Sequence record: SRR20825006_660
Direction: 5' to 3' (one strand)
Length of the DNA: 46,521 nucleotides
In this document: positions 35,896 to 45,417 of the stretch, piece by piece
Numbering within the stretch: the stretch's first letter is position 1
How the letters are laid out: every line of letters starts with the position of its first letter
Notes under the pieces: model-generated
What the model was told of the DNA's origin: nothing
What the model saw: the letters and a program-made list of their open reading frames with translations, nothing else
Database searches by the model: none
Made by a program: the position numbers and the translations under genes

Positions 35896-36942
35896 TTATG
35901 CGGTAGCTTTTGGAAAGTATTTTTTTCTAAACCAAAACGAAACACGCACCAAAAAAATCAACGCCGGAACTTCAACTAACGGACCAATAACACCCGCAAA
36001 TGCCTGCCCGGAATTGAGCCCGAAAACAGCGATGGCCACTGCGATCGCCAGTTCAAAATTGTTGCCGGCCGCAGTAAATGCAACAGAAGCCGTCTTGTCA
36101 TACGTCGCACCCATTGCCTTGGTGAAAAAGAAACCTATGATAAACATCAAAGCAAAATAGATCAAGAGTGGGATGGCCACGATCAAAACATCCTGCGGAA
36201 TTTCGACAATGAGTTCGCCTTTAAGCGAGAACATCACTACGATGGTAAAAAGCAGGGCAATCAAGGTAATTGGAGAAATCGTTGGGATGAACTTCTCGTT
36301 ATACCAAGTTTCGCTTTTTAATCGTATCAAAATTGACCGACTCAAAATCCCCAACACAAACGGAATTCCTAGATAGATGGCAACACTTTCCGCAATGGTA
36401 GCGATGGAAATATCTACGATCGCACCTTCAAAGCCAAAATAGGGCGGAAGCACCGTAATAAAGATCCACGCATAAAAACTGTAAGCGAACACTTGAAAAA
36501 TGCTGTTCAACGCTACGAGTCCTGCGCCGTATTCGCTGCTTCCCTCTGCGAGGTCATTCCATACCAGAACCATAGCGATACAACGCGCAAGACCTATTAA
36601 AATCAATCCTACCATATATTCAGGATAGTCTTGAAGAAAGGTAATGGCCAGGATAAACATCAGTACCGGCCCAATGATCCAATTCAGGATTAAAGAAATG
36701 GAAAGAATTTTTACATTTTTAAATACTTTGTGTAATAGAGCGTAATTCACTTTTGCCAGCGGCGGATACATCATCAAGATTAATCCTATCGCCAGCGGAA
36801 TATTAGTGGCGCCACTACTCATCGTATTGACCACTTCGGGGAAGGATGGAACAAAGTAGCCTATTGCAACGCCTATGGCCATCGCGACAAAGATCCATAA
36901 AGTTAAGTTTCGATCTAGGAAGCCTAGTTTTTTGGTGCTCAT
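35896..36942 (-). CDS. acr3: ACR3-family arsenite efflux transporter
   Basis: [41 protein letters not shown]. Confidence 0.95.
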   Translation of the reverse strand: MSTKKLGFLDRNLTLWIFVAMAIGVAIGYFVPSFPEVVNTMSSGATNIPLAIGLILMMYPPLAKVNYALLHKVFKNVKILSISLILNWIIGPVLMFILAITFLQDYPEYMVGLILIGLARCIAMVLVWNDLAEGSSEYGAGLVALNSIFQVFAYSFYAWIFITVLPPYFGFEGAIVDISIATIAESVAIYLGIPFVLGILSRSILIRLKSETWYNEKFIPTISPITLIALLFTIVVMFSLKGELIVEIPQDVLIVAIPLLIYFALMFIIGFFFTKAMGATYDKTASVAFTAAGNNFELAIAVAIAVFGLNSGQAFAGVIGPLVEVPALIFLVRVSFWFRKKYFPKATA

Positions 36943-36943
36943 G

Positions 36944-37570
36944 CTACTGGCTTATTTTCGAAAATACATAAAACAATTCCGTAGCGATCTGCACGCTGCG
37001 CTCGTGATATTTTTCAGCTTGCTGTGGCGTATCGTCAAATGCTTTGGGATCGTCAAACGTGATAGGAATACGTTTTTCAGCTCCCGGAACAAACGGGCAG
37101 CCGGCGTCGGCTTGTGAGCACGTCATAATCGCCGCAAATGCTGAAGCAGGATTAAATGCGTCATCGAGACGTTTAGAAAATCCAATTACGGGATGTGCGT
37201 TTTCGGCATATTTAATACTATAAACCGGATTCTTTTCTTGAGAAAGTTTTGCGATCCGAAAACCTGTATTTGTTAAGGTTTCTGCAACCATCGGGAACAA
37301 AGCCGTTGCTTCGGTTCCTCCGGAAAAACAAACTACATTATCAATATTAAAATGTGCGGCCATCGTTTGTGCCCAAACTTGAGAAAGGTGACTTCTGCGT
37401 GAATTGTGCGTACAAATAAAATTGATGCGTACCGCTACATTGGCACTCACTTTTTCTTGAATAAAAGCGATCAAAGGCTGAAGCGTCGCTTTGCGTTCTT
37501 CGGAAATAGTTTCCGGCTTTAGCGTGGTTATAAATTGGTCAATTTCCGGAAATAAAACAGTGTTCATCAT
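36944..37570 (-). CDS. arsC: LMW-PTPase-fold arsenate reductase-like protein
   Basis: [11 protein letters not shown]-loop, [19 protein letters not shown]; located in the ars operon. Confidence 0.8.
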   Translation of the reverse strand: MMNTVLFPEIDQFITTLKPETISEERKATLQPLIAFIQEKVSANVAVRINFICTHNSRRSHLSQVWAQTMAAHFNIDNVVCFSGGTEATALFPMVAETLTNTGFRIAKLSQEKNPVYSIKYAENAHPVIGFSKRLDDAFNPASAFAAIMTCSQADAGCPFVPGAEKRIPITFDDPKAFDDTPQQAEKYHERSVQIATELFYVFSKISQ

Positions 37571-37586
37571 AACGTGATTAAATGGG

Positions 37587-38054
37587 TTAACAACAGTTGC
37601 CATCAGGCCCGCAACAAGGCTCTTGGTTTAAATCTGATAGTTTTACTCTAGGTTTTTCAGCGGGAATTCCGCAGGCATCTTTAGCAAGACAATCGGTTTG
37701 TTTGGTAGTTAATAAGAAATTTGTTCCGTCAAAATCGATCCCAAATTTTCCAATGGTTTCGCCTTGATACTCCACTTCAACCTCGTGGTCTTCAATCTTC
37801 AATACTTTTTCAGAAAGCTCAATGATGCTGAGCAATTTTACAGGATGTAGTCGGTGATCGTAGTCATCAGCATTCCATAATTGAAAATTCACAACCTCTT
37901 CTTGGCGCAATGTGCCGCCACAATCAATAAAATGCTTAGACACTTTGCCTACTTCGGTAACGTGAAAATGATTAGGAACCAGACTTCCGTCAGGTAATTG
38001 AAACCCTATTTGTTCTATGCTTTTTAAAACGATTTTGACCTGTGATAGTTTCAT
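37587..38054 (-). CDS. DUF6428-family Cys/His-rich protein
   Basis: HFHVTEVG, FIDCGG, FQLW, HRL, TDCLAKDACG, C-terminal CCGPDGNCC. Confidence 0.8.
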   Translation of the reverse strand: MKLSQVKIVLKSIEQIGFQLPDGSLVPNHFHVTEVGKVSKHFIDCGGTLRQEEVVNFQLWNADDYDHRLHPVKLLSIIELSEKVLKIEDHEVEVEYQGETIGKFGIDFDGTNFLLTTKQTDCLAKDACGIPAEKPRVKLSDLNQEPCCGPDGNCC

Positions 38055-38061
38055 ATTCTTT

Positions 38062-38087
38062 ATTGTTATATCGCAATATTACGATGA
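38062..38087. promoter_or_regulatory. Putative ArsR operator, copy 2
   Basis: ATTGTTATATCGCAATATTACGATGA; imperfect palindrome ATCGCAATATTACGAT. Confidence 0.7.
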
Positions 38088-38103
38088 TTGATTTTAAATT
38101 TTT

Positions 38104-38436
38104 TTAGCAGCAATCTGCGCTGTTAGATAGATCTTGGTCGAGAAAATGAGTCATTAATTTTTTCATCTCTGTCCAGTTTTCTTTGTCAATACAATAGCAA
38201 ACACTAGTGCCCTCAACGCTTCCTTTGATCAAACCAAGATGCTTAAGCTCTTTTAAATGTTGAGAAATCGTAGGTTGCGCCAGACCAATCTCATTAACCA
38301 GATCACCACAAACACAAGAGTCTATTTTAAACAAGTGTTGTAAAATAGATACCCGGGCAGGGTGCGCAAATGCTTTCGCAAACTTGGCGATCGCATTTTG
38401 GCTATCAGAGAATATTTCAGTTTTGGCTAAGCCCAT
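38104..38436 (-). CDS. arsR: ArsR/SmtB metalloregulator
   Basis: KAFAHPAR, CVCGDL, AQPTISQHLKELK, C-terminal CC. Confidence 0.93.
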   Translation of the reverse strand: MGLAKTEIFSDSQNAIAKFAKAFAHPARVSILQHLFKIDSCVCGDLVNEIGLAQPTISQHLKELKHLGLIKGSVEGTSVCYCIDKENWTEMKKLMTHFLDQDLSNSADCC

Positions 38437-38442
38437 TGTTTA

Positions 38443-38468
38443 ATTGTTATATTGCAATATTACGATGA
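38443..38468. promoter_or_regulatory. Putative ArsR operator, copy 1
   Basis: ATTGTTATATTGCAATATTACGATGA; 25/26 identical to 38062-38087. Confidence 0.7.
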
Positions 38469-38600
38469 ATGAAATTTATGACAAAGAAATGGTCTCATTT
38501 TTTTTACGCTGCGCTGTGATCATCCTGTTATTAACAGTTTTTTGGCTGCACACCCAATTAAAGCTTGGTATTTTTAGGTTGAAATTTTAAACCGCAAACG

Positions 38601-39965
38601 ATGTCGTTATTTGGAAAAGTAAAGAATACCATAGGCCTTTTAAAGTCGGTTGACTTAGAAGCGCTTAATAAATTATCTCAAAAAGTAGATTTATCGCAAG
38701 TTATGGCCGCGGTGGGCAACTTAGATGACCGCCAATTGAAAGGCTTGATGAAGATGCTGAATTCGCAAGCGAAAAAAGGACAGCACAAACTGCCGCCAAT
38801 TGATGGTGATTTTTACAACCTGGCACAAAAACTCACTCCTGAAGAGCGTGAAATTCAAATGAAGATGCGCAATTTTATGGAAGATGAGGTAAAGCCAATT
38901 GCCAACCAATATTGGAATAGAGCCGAATTTCCACACGAGATCATACCGAAGTTTGCCGAATTAAACTTAGCAGGAATTGCTTATAAAGGCTACGGATGTC
39001 CCGGACAATCCTTTTTGATGGAAGGAATTCTGGCGATGGAACTGGCGCGTGTAGATGTGTCTATCTCTACCTTTTTTGGTGTGCATAGCGGTCTCGCCAT
39101 GGGATCAATTTACCTTTGCGGAAGCGAGGAGCAAAAGCAAGAGTGGCTGCCTAAAATGCAAAAGTTTGAAAAAATTGGAGCTTTTGGTCTTACCGAACCT
39201 GAAGTAGGCTCAGGAGCTGCCGGCGGTCTGGGAACCAGCTGTAAAAAAGTAGGAGATGAATGGGTTTTAAATGGTGAGAAAAAATGGATTGGGAATGCGA
39301 CCTTTTCTGACATTACGATCATTTGGGCACGCGATGAAGATAGCGGTAGGGTTAAAGGCTTTATTGTACGTAAAGAAAACCCCGGTTTTCACGCTGAGAA
39401 AATGAAAGATAAAATGGCGTTGCGTACTGTACAAAACGCCCTGATCACCTTATCCGATTGCCGCGTACCGGAAAGCGATCGCTTACAAAACGCAAACTCC
39501 TTTAAAGATACGGCCAAAGTGCTGCAAATGACGCGTGCGAGTGTAGCTTGGCAGGCGGTGGGTTGTGCGCGCGGAGCGTATGAAGCTGCATTGAAGTATA
39601 CTAAAAAACGGGAGCAATTTGGTAGACCTATTGCAAGCTTTCAGCTGATTCAGAATCATTTGGTAGAGATGGTTTCCAATCTTACGGCTATGCAAACTTT
39701 ATGCTTTCGCCTTAGCGAAATGCAAGACGGTGGTCAGTTGACTGATGAGCACGCATCTCTTGCTAAGGTGTTCTGTTCTATGCGCACAAGAGATGTGGTG
39801 AGTAGAGCACGTGAAGTAATGGGTGGTAACGGTATTTTATTAGAATATGATGTAGCGCGTTTTGTGGCTGATGCCGAAGCGATCTATAGCTATGAAGGTA
39901 CAAAAGAGATCAATTCGCTCATCGTAGGTCGAGCAATTACAGGCTACAGCGCTTTTGTAAGCTAG
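38601..39965 (+). CDS. Acyl-CoA dehydrogenase (glutaryl-CoA DH/ACX4-like)
   Basis: FGLTEP..GS, LNGEKKWIGN, REQFGRPI, MGGNG, YEGT. Confidence 0.92.
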   Translation: MSLFGKVKNTIGLLKSVDLEALNKLSQKVDLSQVMAAVGNLDDRQLKGLMKMLNSQAKKGQHKLPPIDGDFYNLAQKLTPEEREIQMKMRNFMEDEVKPIANQYWNRAEFPHEIIPKFAELNLAGIAYKGYGCPGQSFLMEGILAMELARVDVSISTFFGVHSGLAMGSIYLCGSEEQKQEWLPKMQKFEKIGAFGLTEPEVGSGAAGGLGTSCKKVGDEWVLNGEKKWIGNATFSDITIIWARDEDSGRVKGFIVRKENPGFHAEKMKDKMALRTVQNALITLSDCRVPESDRLQNANSFKDTAKVLQMTRASVAWQAVGCARGAYEAALKYTKKREQFGRPIASFQLIQNHLVEMVSNLTAMQTLCFRLSEMQDGGQLTDEHASLAKVFCSMRTRDVVSRAREVMGGNGILLEYDVARFVADAEAIYSYEGTKEINSLIVGRAITGYSAFVS

Positions 39966-40046
39966 AAAACACAATCAACTCTAAAAGATTTTTATAGGTG
40001 TTTTAATATGCCGTTATTTGCATCTGAAATTTTTAAAAACTATAAA

Positions 40047-40772
40047 ATGAAATTCAATAGATTATTTCTGGCGTTACCTGTTGCGCTTACTTTGGTGAAT
40101 TGTAACGATTCAAAAATGGGTTCAGGAGGCGATGTTGAGCTTAAAACCTTTAAAGATTCTGTTTCATATATTATCGGTGCTAATACCGGAGCGCAATTCA
40201 AGCAAGCTTTAGGAGATAATGCTGAAGAGTTTTTTGATGCAGATGTATATTATAGCGGAGTACAAAAAGCACTTACTGATAGTGTTGAAATTCCGCAGGC
40301 AGATATGCGTCGTATTATGAATCAGTTTCAAACGCAATTACGCGAGAAACAACAAGAAGAGCAAGCTGCAGTTGCTGCTGAAAAGAAAGAAGCAGAGCAA
40401 GCATATTTAGCTGAAAATGCTAAGAAAGAAGGCGTGCAGACTACAGAAAGCGGTCTTCAATACAAAGTGATCGAAGAAGGAAACGGGGAATCTCCGGCAG
40501 AAACAGATCAGGTTCAGGTAAATTACGAAGGAAAATTACTTGACGGAACCGTTTTTGACAGTTCGTATGAGCGTCAGCAGCCGGCTACATTTGGTGTAAA
40601 CCAAGTAATTTCAGGTTGGACTGAAGGACTTCAGTTAATGAAAGAGGGTGCAAAATATGAATTTTATATCCCTGCAGATCTTGCTTACGGTCAGCGTGGT
40701 TCTGGGCCTAAAATTGGTCCTGGTGAGACTTTGATCTTCACTGTTGAGCTTCTTGACGTAATCAAACAATAA
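40047..40772 (+). CDS. FKBP-type peptidyl-prolyl isomerase lipoprotein (FkpA/Mip-like)
   Basis: ATG 40047, lipobox LVNC, DSVSY, ESGLQY, YEG.L.DG.VFDSS, VISGWTEG, LAYG. Confidence 0.92.
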   Translation: MKFNRLFLALPVALTLVNCNDSKMGSGGDVELKTFKDSVSYIIGANTGAQFKQALGDNAEEFFDADVYYSGVQKALTDSVEIPQADMRRIMNQFQTQLREKQQEEQAAVAAEKKEAEQAYLAENAKKEGVQTTESGLQYKVIEEGNGESPAETDQVQVNYEGKLLDGTVFDSSYERQQPATFGVNQVISGWTEGLQLMKEGAKYEFYIPADLAYGQRGSGPKIGPGETLIFTVELLDVIKQ

Positions 40773-40779
40773 GTAGATT

Positions 40780-41472
40780 TTGACATATCTTGTAATTGCC
40801 GTAGTCTCGGGAGCCCTTATTTTAGGAGCGATTTGGGGCATTTACGGAAATTTACAAAAGAAAACAGAGGGCTTTCTCGTTGCTTTGGCAGGAGGAGCCC
40901 TTATTGTTTCTACCGTATTAGAGTTGATCAATCCGGCTGTAGAAAAGGCTAATGTATTGATCGCGCTAGGTATTGTTTTACTGGGAGCAGGGGTATTTAC
41001 GGGCCTTGATTATCTGGTAAAGCAAAAATGGGGATCAGATAGCGGTGGCGGTTTACTTGCCGCGATTACGCTTGACGGTATTCCCGAAAATTTAGCTTTA
41101 GGCGTGGCGCTCATAGGTGCTGATGCTTTGACAGTGGCCGCACTTTCCGGATCTATTTTTCTATCTAATCTTCCTGAAGCCGCCGGTGGCGCAAAAGAAA
41201 TGACCGAAAACGGCGCATCAAAAAAGAAGATTCTTCTGCTTTGGGCAGCAACCGCTTTAATACTCTCTTTAGCGGCTCTAATAGGAAATTGGGCACTTGC
41301 AGATGTTTCTGAAGAACTGCTTGCTTACATTCGCTGTTTTGCCGGTGGGGCCGTAGTAGCTTCGCTTGCGATTGAAGTGTTTCCTAAAGCGTATAAACAA
41401 GATTCATACTGGGCCGGTATCGCTACCGCGATTGGGTTGGTGCTGGCATTTTATCTCAATAGTTTGGGATAA
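40780..41472 (+). CDS. ZIP-family metal transporter
   Basis: Polytopic; LDGIPEN.ALG and SNLPEA motifs; FAGGA…EVFP. Confidence 0.82.
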   Translation: MTYLVIAVVSGALILGAIWGIYGNLQKKTEGFLVALAGGALIVSTVLELINPAVEKANVLIALGIVLLGAGVFTGLDYLVKQKWGSDSGGGLLAAITLDGIPENLALGVALIGADALTVAALSGSIFLSNLPEAAGGAKEMTENGASKKKILLLWAATALILSLAALIGNWALADVSEELLAYIRCFAGGAVVASLAIEVFPKAYKQDSYWAGIATAIGLVLAFYLNSLG

Positions 41473-41551
41473 ATGAATCAGTTGAATAAAACCCTTAGCA
41501 AACTGCGCATTAATGAGTAGTTTAGCAGCATAACTAACGAATTTAAGTTCA

Positions 41552-42253
41552 ATGAAAAAATTAGTGCTTGCAGGAGCTGCGGCAATTGCATTGGCAAGCT
41601 GTGGCGGAACTAAAAAAATAGCAGAAACTCCAGAGCCGCCTTTATTTCAATCGTTTCAAGATTCGGTGGCGTATTATATGGGTGTTTCTATTGCTGAAAA
41701 CATAAAGAAAGACAAAGCCACGTATGAGAATTACTTTGACGAAAAAGTGTTTTTAACCGGTTTTCAAGAAGCCTTAAAAGACAGCGCGCAAATTTCTGAA
41801 AAGGAAGGGCGCCAGGTAATGGGCAGATATTCTCGAGGGTTGCTGGAACTTCAAGAAAAGCTGAAGGAAGAGCGCATTGCCGCGCAAAAGGCTTTTTTAG
41901 AAGAAAATGCTTCAAAAGAAGGCATATTTACGACCGAAAGTGGTTTGCAGTATGAGATTATCACCGCAGGAACAGGCGCTTCACCAGAAGCTTCAGATCG
42001 TGTAGAAGTGCATTATGAAGGCACTTTAACTGACGGAACCGTTTTTGATAGTTCGTACGAGCGAGGCGAATCTATCACTTTTGGTGTTGGTCAAGTCATC
42101 GCAGGCTGGACGGAAGTCTTACAATTGATGAAAGAAGGCGCAAAATATCGAGCATACATTCCGGCAGATCTGGCGTATGGAGATCGAGATATTGGTGAAA
42201 TTCCACCGGGATCAACCTTGATTTTTGATATCGAATTGATCAAAGTGAAATAA
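41552..42253 (+). CDS. FKBP-type peptidyl-prolyl isomerase lipoprotein, second paralog
   Basis: Lipobox LASC, DSVAY, ESGLQY, HYEG.L.DG.VFDSS, VIAGW, LAYG. Confidence 0.92.
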   Translation: MKKLVLAGAAAIALASCGGTKKIAETPEPPLFQSFQDSVAYYMGVSIAENIKKDKATYENYFDEKVFLTGFQEALKDSAQISEKEGRQVMGRYSRGLLELQEKLKEERIAAQKAFLEENASKEGIFTTESGLQYEIITAGTGASPEASDRVEVHYEGTLTDGTVFDSSYERGESITFGVGQVIAGWTEVLQLMKEGAKYRAYIPADLAYGDRDIGEIPPGSTLIFDIELIKVK

Positions 42254-42263
42254 CCAGAAAATT

Positions 42264-42290
42264 AAAAAAGCCGCGAAACGCGGCTTTTTT
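42264..42290. terminator. Bidirectional intrinsic terminator
   Basis: AAAAAAGCCGCG-aaa-CGCGGCTTTTTT between convergent genes. Confidence 0.88.
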
Positions 42291-42369
42291 AGTGGTAGTA
42301 CCAAAAAATTTTAAATTGGTGTTCTAATGAATACCTCCAAGACTTCTCCTGAAGTTAGTTTACTACTTT

Positions 42370-43404
42370 TTAAGGAGCAGGATTGGGTATAGCATTATGA
42401 ATTGCTTCAATCTCTTCTATAAGCTCTGAAGAAAGCTGAATATTCACACTGTCAATATTCTCTTTCAATTGTTCCAAGTTCGTTGCACCTATGATATTTG
42501 CGGTCATAAAAGGTCTGTCGGTTACAAAGGCTAAGGCCATTTGGGTAAGCGACAAATCGTGTTTTTTGGCCAGGTCAAGATAGCGTTTGGTTGCTTCAAC
42601 AGCTTGCTCGTTAGAATACCTGCTGTACTGCGGAAACTTATTGATACGTGAAGCTTCGGTATCTTTTTGCTCAATATACTTTCCTGATAGCGTTCCGAAA
42701 CCTAACGGTGAATACGCCAGATAGCCCACTTCTTCGCGTTGCATTACTTCGGTAAGGCCAATTTCATCTTTTCGGTTTAATAAATTATAAGGATTTTGAA
42801 CCGTGATCATTTTAGGAAGTCCTTTTCGGCTTTCTTCCATATAACGTGACAATCCATAAGCGGTCTCGTTGCTCACTCCTACGTGACGAATGAGTCCTTC
42901 ACTTACAAAGTCTTGTAAATACCCTAAAACTTCAGCAAAATTATCTTTCCATTCTTCGTCTGGATCGTGTGTATAGCCTAGTTTACCAAAATAGTTAGTA
43001 TTGCGCTCGGGCCAGTGTAATTGATACAAATCAAGATAATCTGTTTGCAGGCGCTTTAAGCTTTTGTGAATCGCATCTTTAAATTCAGCTTTAGTATAGC
43101 CACCGGTACGAATGTGTTTTGACATAGCTGCCGGTCCCACAATCTTTGAAGCGATGATAAGATCATCACGTTTGCCTCTGTTTTTGAGCCAAGAGCCAAT
43201 TATACGCTCTGTGCTGCCATGGGTTTCCGCGCGTGACGGAACGCTGTATAATTCTGCAGTATCTATAAAATTGATGCCTTGATCTATTGCATAGTTAAGT
43301 TGTGCGTGTCCTTCTGCTTCGGTGTTTTGCTCGCCCCAGGTCATAGTGCCCAGGCAAATTTTACTTACTTCAATGGAAGTTCCGGGGAGTTTTGTGTATC
43401 GCAT
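42370..43404 (-). CDS. NADP(H)-dependent aldo/keto reductase (Tas-like)
   Basis: LGTMTWGEQN, DTAELY, LYQLHWP, GVSNE, YSPL, IGAT. Confidence 0.92.
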   Translation of the reverse strand: MRYTKLPGTSIEVSKICLGTMTWGEQNTEAEGHAQLNYAIDQGINFIDTAELYSVPSRAETHGSTERIIGSWLKNRGKRDDLIIASKIVGPAAMSKHIRTGGYTKAEFKDAIHKSLKRLQTDYLDLYQLHWPERNTNYFGKLGYTHDPDEEWKDNFAEVLGYLQDFVSEGLIRHVGVSNETAYGLSRYMEESRKGLPKMITVQNPYNLLNRKDEIGLTEVMQREEVGYLAYSPLGFGTLSGKYIEQKDTEASRINKFPQYSRYSNEQAVEATKRYLDLAKKHDLSLTQMALAFVTDRPFMTANIIGATNLEQLKENIDSVNIQLSSELIEEIEAIHNAIPNPAP

Positions 43405-43442
43405 AATTAAAAATTGATGTTGCGAAAGTATTGTAAAAATGC

Positions 43443-43470
43443 AAAAGCCCCACCCAATTGGTGAGGCTTA
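43443..43470 (-). terminator. Probable terminator after the MotB/OmpA gene
   Basis: AAAAGCCCCACC-caatt-GGTGAGGCTT. Confidence 0.6.
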
Positions 43471-43492
43471 AGATTTTTATAACAGGAAGTGT

Positions 43493-44452
43493 TTAAATAT
43501 CGTTGAGCAACTTGGTCACTTCATCTAGTTTTGGTGTGAGAATTACTTCGATTCTTCGGTTTTTTGCTTTTCCTTCTGCGGTACTGTTGGTCGCCACGGG
43601 AGCAAACTCGCCTCTACCCGCCGCTGTAAGGTTTTTAGGATCAATCTGCGCATTTTGGCGTAAGATCTCTACAATTGCTGTAGCCCGTTTAGTAGACAGA
43701 TCCCAGTTGTCTTTTAATGGTCCGTTTCCGCCGTAAGGCACATCATCAGTATGGCCTTCAATCAAGACCGCGATTTCCGGATTTTGAGCCAGTACACTTC
43801 CTAGCTGGTTCACGGCTTGTTTTCCTTTAGCACCTACATTCCAGCTTCCGCTTTCAAAAAGGAGTTTATTTTCTAGAGAAACATACACTTTGCCATCACG
43901 CTGTTCAACGGTGAGACCGTTGCCTTCAAAATCCACTAGAGCTTTAGAAATCGCATCTTTTAACGCGCGCATTTTTGCATCTTTTGCAGCGATCATCGCC
44001 TCTAATTCTTCAACACGGCGAGAACGTTCGGTGAGGTCACGCTGCATTTTTTCAAGACGGGTTTGTTCAGCAGCAAGATCAGCTTGTTTCTCATCTAACT
44101 GCGCGAGAAGCTCCCGGTTTTGTTTAGAATTTTCGGCTAGTGCCTTAGAACTATTGGCTTCAAGTGCGTCGTAAGATTCTTGGAGGTTTTTAAGGTTGGT
44201 TTGTGCAGCGGTGTATTTGCGCTGCAAATCATCACGCTCACTAGTGGCCTGAGTCAGGTCTTTTTCAAGCTGTGCCGCCTGATCTTCAAATTGTTTTCTC
44301 AGGCGTTCTTCTTGAGAAAGCTCTTGTTGTAATTCTTGATTTTCGGCTTTGAGACCGGCAAAACGAGATTCTAAGTCTTTATAGACTTTGGCCGAAACAC
44401 ACGAAGATAAGGTAGCTGCGGCGCCTGCAATGATGCAAAATTTTCTAAACAT
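43493..44452 (-). CDS. OmpA/MotB-family coiled-coil lipoprotein
   Basis: Lipobox LSSC, long coiled coil, LLFESG, EGHTD, NWDLSTKRA, NRRIE. Confidence 0.9.
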   Translation of the reverse strand: MFRKFCIIAGAAATLSSCVSAKVYKDLESRFAGLKAENQELQQELSQEERLRKQFEDQAAQLEKDLTQATSERDDLQRKYTAAQTNLKNLQESYDALEANSSKALAENSKQNRELLAQLDEKQADLAAEQTRLEKMQRDLTERSRRVEELEAMIAAKDAKMRALKDAISKALVDFEGNGLTVEQRDGKVYVSLENKLLFESGSWNVGAKGKQAVNQLGSVLAQNPEIAVLIEGHTDDVPYGGNGPLKDNWDLSTKRATAIVEILRQNAQIDPKNLTAAGRGEFAPVATNSTAEGKAKNRRIEVILTPKLDEVTKLLNDI

Positions 44453-44531
44453 AAGGTTAAGTTTGTTTTTTAATAATCAACGCCGGCTATGTAAAAATAT
44501 TGGCACGGCTTTGACTAAAAAAGCAGCAATT

Positions 44532-45299
44532 TTAAGATTGATGATCAAGTTCTAAAAGGGCAGGGCAGTGGTCACTGTGCTTAGCTTCAGGCAAGATCAC
44601 TGCGCGTTTTATTTTATCTTTTAAAGGCTCACTGACCATATTATAATCAAGGCGCCAGCCCTTATTATTTGCGCGGGCATTTGCGCGATAACTCCACCAG
44701 CTGTATTGCTCAACATCGGGATTAAGGTGTCTGAAGCTGTCTGTAAATCCGCTGTTGATAAAACCGCTTAGCCACTCACGTTCTACCGGGAGAAAACCGC
44801 TTACATTTTTCAGTCTAACAGGATCGTGAATATCTATAGGTTCGTGACAGATGTTGTAATCGCCGCTCACAATAAGGTTAGGTCTGGTTTTGCGCAATTC
44901 TTCAGCATATTCCTGAAAATCTGCCATATATCTTAGTTTATGCTCCAAGCGGTCAATATTGGTTCCGCTAGGTAAATACATACTCATAATGCTCAGATCA
45001 CCAAAATCTGCTCTGATATTTCGGCCTTCGTGATCCATATAATCAATTCCGGTGCCGTGCACGATATTGTCTGGTTCTTTCTTGCTTAAAATAGCAACGC
45101 CGCTATAGCCTTTTTTTTGAGCACTAAACCAATAATCGTGGTAACCGGTTTCTTCAAAAAGATCAATGTCTAATTGTTCTTTATGGGCTTTGGTTTCTTG
45201 TAGTAAAAGCACATCTGGGTTGGCTGCTTTTAACCAATCAAGGAGCCCTTTGCGTATTGCAGCCCGAATTCCGTTTACGTTATAAGTGATTATTTTCAT
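44532..45299 (-). CDS. xth: Exodeoxyribonuclease III
   Basis: ATG 45299 MKIITYNVNGIRA, LQETK, GYSGVA, GDYN, GWRLDY, SDHCP. Confidence 0.95.
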   Translation of the reverse strand: MKIITYNVNGIRAAIRKGLLDWLKAANPDVLLLQETKAHKEQLDIDLFEETGYHDYWFSAQKKGYSGVAILSKKEPDNIVHGTGIDYMDHEGRNIRADFGDLSIMSMYLPSGTNIDRLEHKLRYMADFQEYAEELRKTRPNLIVSGDYNICHEPIDIHDPVRLKNVSGFLPVEREWLSGFINSGFTDSFRHLNPDVEQYSWWSYRANARANNKGWRLDYNMVSEPLKDKIKRAVILPEAKHSDHCPALLELDHQS

Positions 45300-45417
45300 G
45301 CTAAAATTTTGGATTTTGGCGAAGTTAGGTATTTCGGTGTAAAATGGGTGTTGGCGGTTGCAATACAATTCTATTGAGCATAGTAGGTTTTAGGCTTTTT
45401 CCATAGTTTTATAGCCG

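Noticed and set aside
45300-45368. Extended N-terminus of xth (likewise the track starts for hemA at 21519, hemE at 18193, arsC at 37603, FKBP at 40008)
   Set aside because: Downstream ATGs match the family N-termini and lie after promoter-like boxes or clear of neighbouring genes.
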